A stretch of DNA of 64,000 nucleotides. It comes from Pristiophorus japonicus. Its lineage: Eukaryota. The notes under the pieces were generated by a model. The model did no database searches. It was not told the DNA's origin and saw only the letters and a program-made list of their open reading frames with translations. Positions 1 to 13,100 of the stretch are shown piece after piece. Positions within the stretch are counted from its first letter, which is position 1. The number at the start of each line of letters is the position of its first letter. Location: assembly GCF_044704955.1 (NCBI RefSeq), contig NW_027254113.1, forward strand, positions 1 to 64,000, in the 5' to 3' direction. The position numbers and the translations under genes are program-made.

Positions 1-1668
1 GACAGCAAAGCTTCGATAGATATGTAAAGAGAAAAAAATTAGTTAGGACAAATGTAGGTCCCTTGCAGTCAGAATCAGGTGTTAGGGAAATTGATGGGAT
101 TGACGGTCGATAAAACCCCAGGGACTGATAGTCTGCATCCCTGAGTATTTGAGGAAGTGGCCCTAGAAATAATGGATGCATTGGTGCTCATTTTCCAACA
201 TTCTATAGATTCTAGATCAGTTCCTATGGATTGGAGGATAGCTAATGTAACCCCACGTTTTAAAAAAGGTGGGAGAGAGAAAACAGGGAATTATAGACCG
301 GTTAGCCTGACATCGGGAGTGGGGAAAATGTTGTAATCCATCATTGAAGATGTAATAGCAGCGCATTTGGAAAGCAGTGACAGGATCTGTCCAAGTCAGC
401 ATGGATTAATGAAAGGGAAATCATGTTTGCCAAATCGTCTTGAAGTTTTTTAGGATGTAACCAGTAGCGTGGACAAGGGAGAACCAGTGGTTGTGATGTA
501 TTTGGACTTTCAAACGGCTTTTGGCCAGGTCCCACATAAGGGATTAGTGTGTAAAAATTAAAGCACATGGTATTGGGGGTAATGTATTTACGTAGATAGA
601 GAACTGATTGGCAGACAGGAAGCAAAGAGTAGGAATAAACGGTTCCTTTTCAGAATTGCAGACAGTGACGAGTGGGGTACCTCAAGGTTCAGTGCTGGGA
701 CCTCAGCTAGTTACGATATACATTAATGATTTAGGCGAAGGAATTGAATGTAATATTTCCAAGTTTGCAGATGACACTAAGTTGGATGGCAGTGTGAGCT
801 GTGAGGAAGATGGTAACAGGCTGCAGGGTGACTTGGACAGGTTAGGTGAGTGGACAAATGCATGGCAAATGCAGTATAATATAGATAAATGTGAGGTTAC
901 CCACTTTGGTGACAAAAACAGGGAAGCAAAATATTATCTGAATGGTGACAAATAAGAAAAGTGGAGGTGCAACGAGACCTGGGTGTCATGGTACATCAGT
1001 AATTGAAAGTTGGCATGAAGTTTCAGCAAGCGGTGAATGGCATATTGGCCTTCTTCGCGAGAGTTATTGAATATAAGAGCAGGAAGGTCTTACTGAAGTT
1101 GTACAAGGGCCACACCTTCATATTTGTGTAGAGTTTTGGTCTCCTTACCTGAGGAAGGACATTCTTGCTATTGAGGGAGTGCAGCGAAGGTTCAAAAGAC
1201 AGATTCGCGGGATGGCAGAACTGACATATGAAGAAAGACTGGATCGACTAGGCTTATATTCACTGGAATTTAGAAGAATGAGAGGGGATCTCATAGAAAC
1301 ATGTAAAATTCTGACGGGATTGGACTGGTTAGATGCAAGAAGCATGGTCCCGATGTTGTGGAAGTCCAGGACCATGATTCTAAGGATAAGGGATAAGCAA
1401 ATTAGGACCGAGATGAGAAGAAACCTCTTCACTAGAGAAATGTGAAGCTGTGGAATTCTCTACCACAGAAAGTTGTTGAGGCCAGTTCGTTAGATATATT
1501 CAAAAGGGAGTTAGATGTGACACTTGCAGCTAAAGGGATCAAGGGGTATGGAGAGAAAGCGGGAATGGGGTAATGAAGTTGCATGATCAGCCATGATCAT
1601 ATTGAATGGTGGTGCAGGCTCGAAGGGCCGAATGGCCTACTTTTTCACCTATTTTCTATGTTTCTATG
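1..1668 (+). mobile_element. CR1 LINE, degenerate RT and 3' end
   Basis: RT motifs SGVPQGSVLGP and KFADDTKL (ORF 608-955), C-terminal YEERLDRLGLYSLEFRRMRGDL, ends in TTCTATG-type 3' tail; many stops and frameshifts. Confidence 0.93.
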
Positions 1669-2068
1669 TAATCGCAATGCAGGTCATGAAAAGTGCGTTG
1701 CCATCAAGATTGATTGGACGCAAGAGGGCACTGACATCACGGAATTACTCCATAATCTGCTTCCAAGGATACATTGAATATGGGAAAGTATAGAGACCAG
1801 GATAATCAAGAAGTCGGTGATCATTAAATCCAGAAGGAGGACATCACTTGCTTGTGAGACCTTCTTCATTCGTATGATGTGCCACAGTGCACTTGAGGTC
1901 CCGGTAATGCCCGATACAAGCACTAATACAAGGAAACAGGGAAGGGCGATGATTTTGATCTGAGCCACTTCGTCATAGGCGTTGTCCATCGAGGGCCCAG
2001 TCTGATTGGATGAGTTGATCTCCGACCAGGATCTGTTGACTTGCGTTCCAACTCTCAAAACTAACCAT
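1667..2068 (-). pseudogene. Rhodopsin-class GPCR fragment (P2Y/delta-group-like; N-terminus to TM3), frameshifted and truncated by CR1
   Basis: ORF 1684-2097(-) has N-glycosylation sequons NSSNQT, TM1-like IIALPCFLVLVLVSGITG and TM2-like DLMITDFLIILV. A shifted frame reads INLDGNALFMTCIAIT, a TM3 stopping just before the expected RY, and abuts the CR1 tail. Confidence 0.65.
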
Positions 2069-2244
2069 TTGATGTTGTGGCAAATAATAAAGAGCAACCA
2101 ATCAAAATATGGGGTAAATTAAAGATATATTCTCCAAAAACAGTTGATACTGCCCTGTAAGGTTATTTGTTGTTGAAGTTATCAGTTGCTTCTCCACCAT
2201 GTTAATCCGATCTCAGTGGGTTTGACTGGTTGAAGTTACCTCCT

Positions 2245-3476
2245 TTTTGAGGAATTAACCAGGTTGGTCGATGAGGGCCAACCATATGAAGTAATGTATA
2301 TGGACTTTCGCAAAGCATTTGATAAGGTCTCACATGGCAAACTAATCACAAAAGTAAAAACTCTTGCGATACAAGGCAAAGTGGCAAGTTGGACCAAAAA
2401 TTGGCTCAGAGGCAGGAAGCAATGGATAACGGTTGATGGGTGTTTTTGTTGCTGGAAAGATCTTTCCAGTGGTGTTCCACAGGGCTCAGTTCTAGATCTC
2501 AACGTTTTGTGATATACATCAATGATCTAGACTTGAATATAGGGGGTATGATTGAGAAGTTTGCAGATGATACTAAAACTGGCTATATGGTTGATAATGA
2601 AGAGGAAAGTTGCGTAATGCAGGAAGATATGAATCAACTGGTCATGGGTGCAGAATAGTGCAAATTTGAATTGAATCCAGAGAACTGTGAGGTAATGCAT
2701 TTGGGGATGGCTATCAAGGAACGGGAATACACTTTAAATGGTTGCAACTGAGAAGTGTAGAAGAACAAAGGGACTCTGGATGTCCAAAGTGCATGTCCAC
2801 AGATCCCTGAAAGTAATAGAGCAGGTAGATAAGCTGGTTAAGAAGGCATACGGAATGCTTGCCTTTATTAGGCAAGGCATAGCATACAATAAAGGTGGTT
2901 TATGTTTGAACTGTATAAAATACTGGTTAGGCCACAGCTGTAGTACTGGTCACGACATTAAAGGAAGGGCGTGATTGCACTCGAGAGGGTATAGAGGAGA
3001 TTTAGGAGGATGTTGGCAGCAGTGGAGAATATTAACTGTGAGTACAGATTGCACAGGCTAAATTTGTTTTCCTAGGAACAGACGAGGCTGAGGGGTGAAC
3101 TGATTGAGGTGTATTCATTTATGAGGGGCCAAGATAGAATAGATAGAAAGGGTCTATTTCCCATAGAAGAGGGGTCGACATACAGCGGGCATAAATTTAA
3201 AGTAATTGGTAGAAGGTTTAGAGGGCAGTTGAAGGGAATTTCTTAACGCAGAGCGTTACTGAGGTCTGGAACTCACTGGCTGAAAGGCTGGCATAGGGAG
3301 AAACCCTCACCACATTTACAAAGTACTTGAATGTGCAGTTGAAGTATCGTAACCTGCAGGGTTACGGACCAAGGCTGGGAAGTGGGATTTGGCTGGTTTG
3401 CCTCTGATTGACTGGCATAGTCACGATGGGAGGAAATGGCCTCCTTTCGTGCTGTAAACTTTTGTGATTCTATGAT
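2245..3476 (+). mobile_element. CR1 LINE RT/3' fragment
   Basis: YMDFRKAFDKVSH, SGVPQGSVL and KFADDTK motifs; 3' tail TTCTATGAT. Confidence 0.9.
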
Positions 3477-3637
3477 GTTGCTCTCTGAAATCTTTGGAAA
3501 CCAGTAGATACGAGAGATCCCTGAGGGTCCAGCATGCATAATTTCACACATCAAGGACGAAACTGCATCCTGTAAATGGACGGATATGATTAAAGTTATT
3601 GAAATACTGAAAATAATGTCATCCTATACGTGAGAAA

Positions 3638-4355
3638 GCGAGATATCTGTGCACTGACTAATGTCTCAGTCGCTCTCCCTCCCGATGTTAACTGTATATT
3701 TACAGATGTCTCGATGCCCCCCACCCCTCTCGCAGGAAAACATATTTACGTTGACTGGTGTCTCCCAGTCTCTTGTCACTCAAGAAATGTTTGTACAGTG
3801 CTGGTATCTCTCAGTCCCTTCCCAACTCAGGGAGATTTCTGTAGACTGGCTGGTGTCCCTCAGTCCCTGCTCGCACAAGAGATATCTGTGCAGTGCCTGG
3901 CGTCTCAGTCTACTCTCCCTGAGGGAGATAGCTCTACACTGGCAAGTGTCTCTCCGTCCCTGTCCAGCATGGAGGTATCAATATATCGACAGTTTTCCTC
4001 ATTCCCCTATCCCTCATGGCTATACCTGCATACTCAAGAAATATCTGGACACTGACGGGTGTCTCTCTGTCTCATGTCCTGAGGTGCTATCTGTACAATG
4101 GACGGTTTATCTCTGTCCCTCTCCTTCATGGATATATGAGAATATTGACTGATGTCGTTCAGTTCCACTCCACAGGGAGATATCTGTACATTGACTGATT
4201 TCTCTCACTCCTTCTCCATCAGGGAGAGATCTCGACATTGATTGGTATCCATATGACTTCCTCCCTCAGGGACATATCAGTACATCGACTGGTGTCTCAG
4301 TCTGTAACCCTCATGGTAATAGCTGCACAGTGTCGGGTGCCTCTTAGTCCCTGCT
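3638..4355. repeat. Degenerate minisatellite, unit about 43 bp
   Basis: Recurring GAGATATCTGTACA(C/T)TG(A/G)CTGGTGTCTC(T)CAGTCCCT units running into the N gap. Confidence 0.8.
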
Positions 4356-4593
4356 NNNNNNNNNNNNNNNNNNNNNNNNNNNNNNNNNNNNNNNNNNNNN
4401 NNNNNNNNNNNNNNNNNNNNNNNNNNNNNNNNNNNNNNNNNNNNNNNNNNNNNNNNNNNNNNNNNNNNNNNNNNNNNNNNNNNNNNNNNNNNNNNNNNNN
4501 NNNNNNNNNNNNNNNNNNNNNNNNNNNNNNNNNNNNNNNNNNNNNNNNNNNNNNNNNNNNNNNNNNNNNNNNNNNNNNNNNNNNNNNNNNNNN
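4356..4593. other. Assembly gap
   Basis: Run of N. Confidence 1.
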
Positions 4594-5012
4594 GGGAGAT
4601 TGAGTAGACTACTCCTATATCCTCTAGAGTTACGAAGAATAAAATGTCATATAAAAACTACAAAATTCTTCCAGGGCTTTACAGAGTAGACGCAGGCAAG
4701 ATCTGGCAGGAGAGTCTAGAACTAGGCTTTCACTATCTCAGGATAAATCAGGACTTAGATGAAGAGAAATGTCTTCACAGAGGTGGGTGATTCTTTGGAA
4801 TTCTCTGCTCAAGAGGGCAGTGGAGGCATACTCGTTCAGTAAGTTCAAGGCAGATATCGATAGATTGTCGAATAATAAGTGAATCAAGGGATTCTTGATA
4901 GTGCTGGAAAGTGCAGTTGAGGTACAAGATCAGCCATTACTTTACTGAAGGGCGGAGCAGGCTCGTGGGGCCAAATGGCCTCTTACTGCTCCTATTTTTT
5001 ATGTTATTATGT
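4594..5012 (+). mobile_element. CR1 LINE 3' end
   Basis: Matches the 3' ends of other CR1 copies in the window (GGCGGAGCAGGCTCG...GGCC...TGCTCCTAT tail). Confidence 0.8.
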
Positions 5013-5449
5013 ATCCCTGCATTGTGCCTCACTGATTTTCAATTGAATATGATTTCTGATGTGACTCGTAATGTACTTCCACGGTTTTAAGGACTGTTGA
5101 GATAGTGTCCACTTGATCCTGAGACATAGCGTCACATCCAGCAACAAGCAAAGGAGATGAAGGTCGGTCTGATTCAGACTGGATGGGGAAGTTGTTTACA
5201 TTCTTTAATTACAGTGTGCCAAATGTACATTTATCAAGTGTCCGTACACCCTGCGGTTTCCATCTCCTGACCCTCGCCCCTCTCCTGCATTATGTTATTG
5301 CAGATCCCGCTCGCCAGTCCCACCATGCAGTGTATTACATGGCAGTACAAAATGAGATTTCCATAACTTGATTTTGAAAGTGTAACTTTTCCACACACAC
5401 AAATCGAACTGCAAACAGCGCTCAACATTATATTTACCGATCTACCGAG

Positions 5450-5692
5450 CTATCTGTCTATCCTATCAATATCTATCTTTCAATCTGTCTCTATATCTAT
5501 AGATTCTTCTAGCCCTTTCTGTCTATCTGTCTAACTATCTATCTGTTAGTCTGTCTGTCAGTCTGTCTATCAGTCTGTCTGTAGGTATATCTGTCTATCT
5601 ATCTATATATTTATCAGTCGATCTATGTAACTATCAATCTATTCGGCTGTCTGTCTATCTTTCTATCTGCCTATCTGGCAGATTATCCCTCT
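5450..5692. repeat. (TCTA)n/(TCTG)n microsatellite
   Basis: Tetranucleotide repeats next to the gap. Confidence 0.9.
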
Positions 5693-5844
5693 NNNNNNNN
5701 NNNNNNNNNNNNNNNNNNNNNNNNNNNNNNNNNNNNNNNNNNNNNNNNNNNNNNNNNNNNNNNNNNNNNNNNNNNNNNNNNNNNNNNNNNNNNNNNNNNN
5801 NNNNNNNNNNNNNNNNNNNNNNNNNNNNNNNNNNNNNNNNNNNN
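5693..5844. other. Assembly gap
   Basis: Run of N. Confidence 1.
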
Positions 5845-5879
5845 AGGAATTTATCTCTTTTTCAATATCTTGATTCGTT

Positions 5880-6060
5880 TATAATTGTAGCGCCCCCTAC
5901 TGCTTTCTTAATTTTTTAACGCATGGAATGTCATGTTCTTTAATAATTGTTGCGCCCCCTGCTGCCCTCTGACTGATTTGCCGCAAGACAAACGACGCTC
6001 TGTACAAATTTAGCACCGCCTACTGCCATCTGACAGATTTAGTGCAAGAGAACGGACACT
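5880..6060 (-). promoter_or_regulatory. About 61-bp tandem units each with a CTCF-like motif
   Basis: TAGCGCCCCCTACTGC (5888), TTGCGCCCCCTGCTGC (5950) and TAGCACCGCCTACTGC (6011); the reverse complements resemble the CTCF core CCAGCAGGGGGCGCTA. Confidence 0.5.
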
Positions 6061-6077
6061 CTACAAACAAAGATACG

Positions 6078-8000
6078 AGCATACATACAATGATGGAAAG
6101 GTTAAGACCATCTGGTCCATTGAGCCTGTCCCACGCCGCCCGAAACGATGTGATCTCCTGGAAATAGCAAAAATCTGATTAAAAACCCAGGCCAATTTTG
6201 GAGAAGAAATTTGGCAAATTCTTCTCTGATCCATCTAGGTGATCGAAACTAGTCCAAGTGATCACTCTGGCCTTGAATTTCCTGCAGTACATACCTTCTG
6301 TAACATGTGATCTCTACCGCAGCCAGAAACAAATCCAGCTTTCACTTGAGGAATTCAGTGAGTCTGCATTCATTACATGAAATGACAGATTGTACAATGG
6401 TCTACTATCTTCTGGGAAAAGATCCACCTCCTGACATCTAACCTAGATCTAGTCCTATACAACTGAAATATGTGATACCTGGTCCTACCTAACCTATTTA
6501 ATTGAAATAAACTATCGACTGGAAAACCTTCTATTTCCTTCATTATTTTAAAACCTCAATCAGATCCCCCCTAAGTCTATGCTGATCTAAGGAATTGAGT
6601 TCCAACTCTTTCAACCTATCTTGGTAATTAAAATGCTTTATACTTGGAAATAGCCGAGTGACCCTCTTGTTCTCCTTTTCAGAGCGTCAATATCACCTAT
6701 CATGTGAGGAGGACAACACTGGACACAGTATTCAAAGCTCGGTCTGACTAAGGCCTTGTTCAAGGACAAAACAGTACACGTCCTATTATAATCAAATGTC
6801 CTTTGGATACACCCCGATGCCTTATTTGCTGTAACTATCACTGCACAGCATTGCTCATGTACCTTTAAGGATGTATGTACTAGAATGCGCAATTCTATTT
6901 CTATCTGCGCCAAATTTAATACCTTTCCCTGGAGGGTGTAAGAATGTGAACATTTGCCCTACCCACATGCATAAATATGCACTTATCTAAGTCGTACATC
7001 ATTTTCCAGACTTGAGCATAATCTACCAGCACATTCAGATCTGCCTGAAGCAGTCGAGCATCTGCTATAATTCAAAATCTCACTCAGATCTTGGTATCAT
7101 CTGCAAATTTAAAAGTTTTGCGCGCAATCCCAAAATCTAGATCATTAATACAAATAGTAAAACACAATTGTCCCAACACTGTCCGCTGCCAGACACCACG
7201 GGTGACTAGTCTACAATCAGATTCAAATCCATCAATTATTACTTTTTACCAGTGTCCTGCCAGCCAGTTCTGAATCCAACTCAATATATTTCAACGTTTA
7301 CCAGAGGCTCCGATCTTATACAAAAGCCTTTTGTGCGGTACTTTTTCAAAATGTTTTGGGAAATCTGAGTGGACAATGTCTGCTGGGCTTCCCTGATCCA
7401 CAAACTTCGTAACTGTTTCAAAAAATACAATTAGATTTGCGAGATATTACCTCTTTTGTATGAAGTCATATTGGTATGCCTAAAATGTCCCTCCCTATCC
7501 AATATTCTTAAATCCCTTATGGTTGCTTCAAACATCTTACCTATTACTGATGTTAAACTGATGGGCCTATAGTTGCCCGGGTCTGTCTTGTCACCTATTT
7601 CAAAAATGGGGTCTGCATTAGTCTCCTTCCAATCTGTAGGAAACATTCAAGAGAGCAGTGAGCTATTAAAAATACAGGCCAGGAGCTCTCACAGCTCATG
7701 TCCTATCTCACAGAGGACCATCAGGCTGATATCATCCAGCACGGATGCTCTATCTATTTTCAAGTTCTTAATTATTTTTACCCTAACGTTTTTATCTTTG
7801 GTAATGCTGCTAACAAAATTAGTAGAATTAAATTCTAATATTCGAGCATCATTTTCAAGGGTGAAGACTGATGCAAAGTACAAATGTAATATTTCCACCA
7901 TTCTTAGTGAATCCTTTGCAACCTGCCCTTGAACACCCTTCAGTGGACCAATACAGTCTTTGATAAGTCTCTGATTCACCACGTAAAGAAAAATGCTGAT
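6078..8000 (-). mobile_element. Older CR1-clade LINE fragment
   Basis: GDKTDPGNYRPISLTS and ALVRPSFEYCVQ motifs on the minus strand. Confidence 0.85.
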
Positions 8001-8214
8001 CCCATTACTGCCACAGTTGTCTACAAACCATTAGTCCATTAGTGTTTGATGATATAATAGCAGCCATCATTTTCTTTAGCTGTTTCCTGGATTCAACCCT
8101 GTTTATTTGAGTATTACATGTTTTAATTGATAATAAAAACGTTTCTGTTTACATCTTATTTGTCTGTCTAGTTTTACCATCCCGATTATTGATTTATCGG
8201 ATGATGAGGGATGT

Positions 8215-8305
8215 GGTTTATAATATTAGCACCCCTTCTGCCGTTTGACGGTTTGCTGCAGAACAAGGGTTGCTCTGTCCAATGGTAGCACCACCTACTT
8301 CCCTA
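8215..8305 (-). promoter_or_regulatory. Two more CTCF-like motif units
   Basis: TAGCACCCCTTCTGC (8227) and TAGCACCACCTACTTC (8286), same orientation and about 60-bp spacing as 5888-6026. Confidence 0.35.
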
Positions 8306-8392
8306 TGACTGCTTTATTGCAGGATGAGAGACAAAAGTTATCATTAGATCGCAACAACTGCTTTCTCCCACTGAGATAATTTGGGTCCGATT

Positions 8393-8690
8393 AAGGAACA
8401 TAACAAACATTAGAAATAGGAGCAGGAGTAGGCCCTATGCCTCTCGAGCCTGCTCTGCCATTCAATAAATTCAAGATTGATCATCGAACTCAACTACACT
8501 TTCCTGCACAATCTTCATATCCACAGATTCCCCATAGACTCCAAAAATCTATCTGCCTCAGTCTTGAATATATTCAGAGATATGAGGCCGAGAATTCAAA
8601 AGATTCAGAACCCTCTGAGTGAAGAAATTCCTCCTCATCTCGATCCTAAATGGGCTTCCCCTTATCCTGAGACTGTGCCCCATAGTTCTA
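8393..8690 (-). mobile_element. CR1 3' end fragment
   Basis: Reverse complement of the CR1 tail (AAATAGGAGCAGGAGTAGGCC) and KKFLLISILNG antisense signature. Confidence 0.85.
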
Positions 8691-9036
8691 GAGAAAACAC
8701 CAGGAATTGAACTCGGACCTCCATGCTGTGTATGGTTTTATGGCATCTTCGAATGTCCAGATGGAGATTTTCATTTTATTTTCCTTAGAAAGATACGGAA
8801 GTCTTTTTTCCCCTTCCACATGGTGCAATATTCATTGGAAGTTATTCTAATGTAGAAAAGGTGAGCTCGAAAATGGCTGCCTTAATTTGTTTGTTTCAAT
8901 GACCATAGCTAACAATAAAATTGCACAATCTGATTGGCTCACTAGGGATTAACATTCGGTATAACTAAGGGATCATTAGAATGAGCCACAACTCATGTTG
9001 GAGCTACTGTCTGCAGCAATTCTTTTCTCACTGAGA

Positions 9037-9100
9037 ATGCACGCCCCTGGAAACAGTCCAATACTTTCCATTTACTATCCGCTTCTCGCTGCTATCATTG
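9037..9100 (+). pseudogene. Exon 1 of GPR139-like pseudogene
   Basis: ATG at 9037 reads MHAPGNSPILSIYYPLLAAI, the IYYP-L-AA start of TM1 typical of shark GPR139-like receptors. The expected GVP/donor region is scrambled by a GCAAGTCATT duplication. Confidence 0.7.
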
Positions 9101-9219
9101 CAAGTCATTACAGCAAGTCATTGGTTGTTAAGGTTTCTGCTGATATTCTGCGTCTTTACCCGTTTTGACATTTTGTGTTTCGAGATTTTGCTTCACAGCC
9201 GCTTTGTTCATTGTGTTCT

Positions 9220-9310
9220 AATGAAAGATCACTGATCTGATGCATTAACTCATTTTCTCTTTCCACAGATGTTGCTTGATCTTCCAGGTTTTCTGTTCTC
9301 ATTTCAAATC
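9220..9310 (+). repeat. Remnant of a common elasmobranch repeat terminus (Penelope-like)
   Basis: TTAACTC...TCTCTTTCCACAGATGTTGC...TTCCAG...TTTTCTGTT motif, recognised from recall. Confidence 0.5.
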
Positions 9311-9719
9311 TCCCTGAGTCAGAGTATGTGTCTTTTGTATCCCTGTTCATTGTGAAATTTTATTGGAATTGTAAAGTTCCCCGGTGTCCAAAGCAAAATT
9401 TATTACATCATTCTGCATCAGCGTGACTTCTTGTCCCAGATCTATATTCGCACTGCCTTCAGCTAACAATCTCTGTTCAAGTCCAAAAGTCGTTATTTTT
9501 AAAAAGTAAAAATCGTGTGACTAATGAAAAAATATGAAGTGAACCGATGCAACAATGATCGGTCAATAATTTGTGTCTTGATATGTATTTCCCGCCACTT
9601 TTCATCAGTGCAGTTAATTCTGGTGATCAAGCACTGGTTCACAAATGCTGTCTACGGACAAATGTCCAGAAATGATGCCTGTAAATGTTTATTAAAATGC
9701 ATCTATTTCTGAATATTGC

Positions 9720-9952
9720 GTTGAAACGATACGAAAATCAGCTGTGTAGTTGATAATGAAGAATAAAGGTGCGGACAGCAGGAAAATGTCTATCAACGGG
9801 TCAGGTGGGCAGAACAGTGGCAAATTGAATTTAATCCAGAGGTTTGTGAGGTAATGCATTTGGGGAAGGCTGACAAGGAAAGGGAATACACATTAAATGG
9901 TAAACTGAGAAGTGTAGAGGGACAAAGAGACGTTGGAGTGCATGTCCACAGA
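9720..9952 (+). mobile_element. CR1 fragment, 5' part of the host of the Tx1 insertion
   Basis: Collinear with the CR1 at 2560-2800; continues at 17128. Confidence 0.8.
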
Positions 9953-10167
9953 ACTCTTTTTTTGGGAGAAAATTAACACATGAAATCAGTAAATCGTGTC
10001 CCCCCGATCTGGGCGGCGCACCAACATTTCCAAGGCACTTTTTTTTTCGTAAGTTTTTTTTTGGGCACTAAAATCTTATTTTTTTTTCTCCAAGTGCCCC
10101 CTATAAAAGGGGAGGGGGACACTAAAAACACCGGCAATTGAAACAAATTAAACTTTAAAATATAAAA

Positions 10168-13100
10168 TCAAATTAAAATTTGGTTGCCGGGCGTGACGAT
10201 GCACTCCATTCCCTCCGGCGCCCACCTCTCGTGGAAGGCCACGAGCGTACCGGTGGACATCGCATGCTCCATCTCCAAGGACACCCTGGCACGGATGTAT
10301 GCGCGGAAGAGAGGCAGGCAGTCAGGTTGTACGACCCCCTCGACCGCCCACTGCCTGGACCGGCTGATGGCACCCTTGGCCGTGCCCAGGAGCAGTCCTA
10401 CGAGGAGGCCCTCGGACCTACCCGCTCCCCTCCGCACAGGGTGTCCAAGGATCAGGAGTGTGGGACTGAAGTGCAGCCAGAATTTCAGGAGCAGCCCCTT
10501 TAAATAATAAAAAAGGGGCTGCAACCTCGCGCATTCCATAAAAACATGGAACACGGACTCTTCCAGACCGCAGAAATTGCAGGCGGACTGCGAGCCCGTG
10601 AACTGGTTTAAAAATTTATTGCACGGGACTGCTCCGTGCACCACCCTCCATGCCAAATCCCCGATAAATACTGGAAGGACTCCCGCGTCGAGTGCCCTCT
10701 ATTGGTGACCCCCGCCTCCTCCGGACGGCAAGATGGTACGCCATGGCGTGTCCGGATGGCAGACGAGGATGGCAAAGTTGAGAGTGTGCAGGAGCAGCCC
10801 GTACAGGAAACCCCTCCGCACGGAACTGAAAGGCTCGGAGGGGATTTCCTCGAGGCGGCTCAAGTTGTGAGGCGCCGGCTCCCGAGGGAGGTTCCAGGGT
10901 TTGGCGCCGATGAGGAATTCCGTCCGGACGTGGGTCAGTTCGGACGGGATCTCCCCACGTGCTTGAGCCTCCTCGATGCATCTAATGGAGTCAGGGTCCA
11001 GAGCTGTTTTTAGCGACTCAATGGCATTGGCCGCGTGGCGGACGTTGGTGGAATTTAGGCGCCACGCCAGCATGTCTGGCGCCATCCAGCCCGCTCCTTC
11101 GCCATCGAGCAGGTTCCTAACCCTGGTCACCTCACCAGCCACAGCTCTCTCGTCCGACCGCCACCAAAAACCTCGGTCGTGGAGATACGGATTCCCGAGC
11201 AGCGGCTCCTGCAGGACGGCCGCCACTCCAGCCGGTGGAGAGCTGCGCTTGGTGGAGACTTTGTTCCAGACCGTGGTGAGTTCCTTGTAAAAGACAGGCA
11301 TCTCCTGGAAGGCGGTCCTGACGCCCCCCAAGCTCACAAACAGGAGCTGCGTGTCGTAGTTGAGGCCGTGCTGCTGGCGGAAGAAATACGTCGCCAGAGC
11401 ACGCCACCTAGGAGGGGGCTCGACGAAAAGGTATCTCTGCAGGGTCTGAAGACGGAAAGTCGCGAGCTGCGTGCTGACGCACGCCAACGACTGACCGCCC
11501 TCCCCAAGCAGGAGAATCAAGACCGCGGCAGAGACACAGTGCTTCCTGTTGTTCCAGAAGAAATCCACCAGCTTCTTCTGTATCTTGGTGACAAACGCAG
11601 GGGGAGGGGTCAAAGTGGCCAGCCGGTACCACAACATGACTAGCGCTCGACCCCTGTAGGACAGCACTCGGAGCAGTACTGTCCAGCACCCTAGGCGAGC
11701 GGCGAACTTGGCCTCCAGCTCTTGCCAGTTCGCTGGCCAGGATTCCTCGTCGGGGCTAAGGTAGACTCCCAGATAGAGGAGATGGGTCGTGCTCCAGGCA
11801 AAAGGCCTGAGCTCCTCCGGCAGGGAGTCCACCCGCCACTGACCAACCAGGAGTCCGGAACATTTCCCCCAGTTGATGCTGGCGGAGGATGCGGCCGAGT
11901 AAATCTCCCGGCACTCACGCATCCTCCGCAGGTCAGCGGGATCCTCTACCGCGAGGAGCACGTCATCGGCGTAAGCCGAGAGGACGACCTCCACGCCCGG
12001 CCCTTGCAGAGCCAGTCCCGTCAACCTCGTCCGCAGGAGGCGCAGGAAAGGCTCCACGCTGATGGCATATAAATGGCAGGACATGGGGCATCCCTGGCGC
12101 ATCCCTCTCCCAAAGCCAAGGGGCGCCGTCAAGAACCCGTTTACCTTTATCAGACACTCTGCAGCGGCGTGCAAAAGTCGGATCCGGGCGACGAAATGCG
12201 TGCCAAACCCGAAAGCGCGCAGAGTCCCGAACAGGTAGTCGTGATCCACCCTGTCGAACGCCTTATCTTGGTCGAGAGATAGGAAGGCGACCGACAGACC
12301 AGCCTCCTGGGAATGATGGATGAGGTCCCGGACCAGATGGATATTATCGTGAATTGTCCGGCCAGATACCGTGTAGGACTGGTCGGGGTGGATCATGAGG
12401 TCCAGCACGGCACCAAGGCGAGCAGACATCGCCCTGGCGAAGATTTTGTAGTCCGTGCTGAGGAGGGAGACTGGGCGCAAGTTCTTAAGGAGGCGGAGAT
12501 CGCCCTTCTTCGGCAGCAGGACGATGACTGCCCTGCGCCAAGAGAGGGGCATCTCCCCGGTCGCCAGACTTTCCCCCAGGACCCGCGCATAGTCGCCCCC
12601 CAGGACGTCCCAGAATGCCCTGTGGAACTCCACGGTCAGCCCGTCCAGCCCCGGGGCTTTTCTCCTCGAGAGACGGGCGAGGGCGCCGGTCAGCTCCGCC
12701 AAGCTTAGCGGAGCTTCCAGATTTTCGGCGCCCTCCGGGCTGACCTTCGGCAGGTCCTCCCACAAAACTCTACGCGCTTCATCGCTGGACGGATCCGGAG
12801 AAAGCAGAGCCCCATAATATTCACGGGCCGTGTTGTTGACGCCCTCCGGATCCGAGACGAGAGAGCCGTCGTCGGCCAGCAGCGTCAAGAGCTGCTGACG
12901 GACACTCTGCTTTTTTTCCAGAGAGTAGAAGAAGGGGGAGCCACGGTCCAGATCCCGCAGGAACCGGATCCGCGACCTCACGAACGCGCCTCGGGACCCG
13001 ACGAGCTGCACGTCCTTCAGCGCGGCCTTCTTCACTTCGTACACCATCGGCAGTCCGGGTCCTCAACGACTTGACCGAGACGGGACTCCAGGTCGAGCAC

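Noticed and set aside
3630-4603. ORFs of 121-163 aa
   Set aside because: They lie within a minisatellite or run through the N gap
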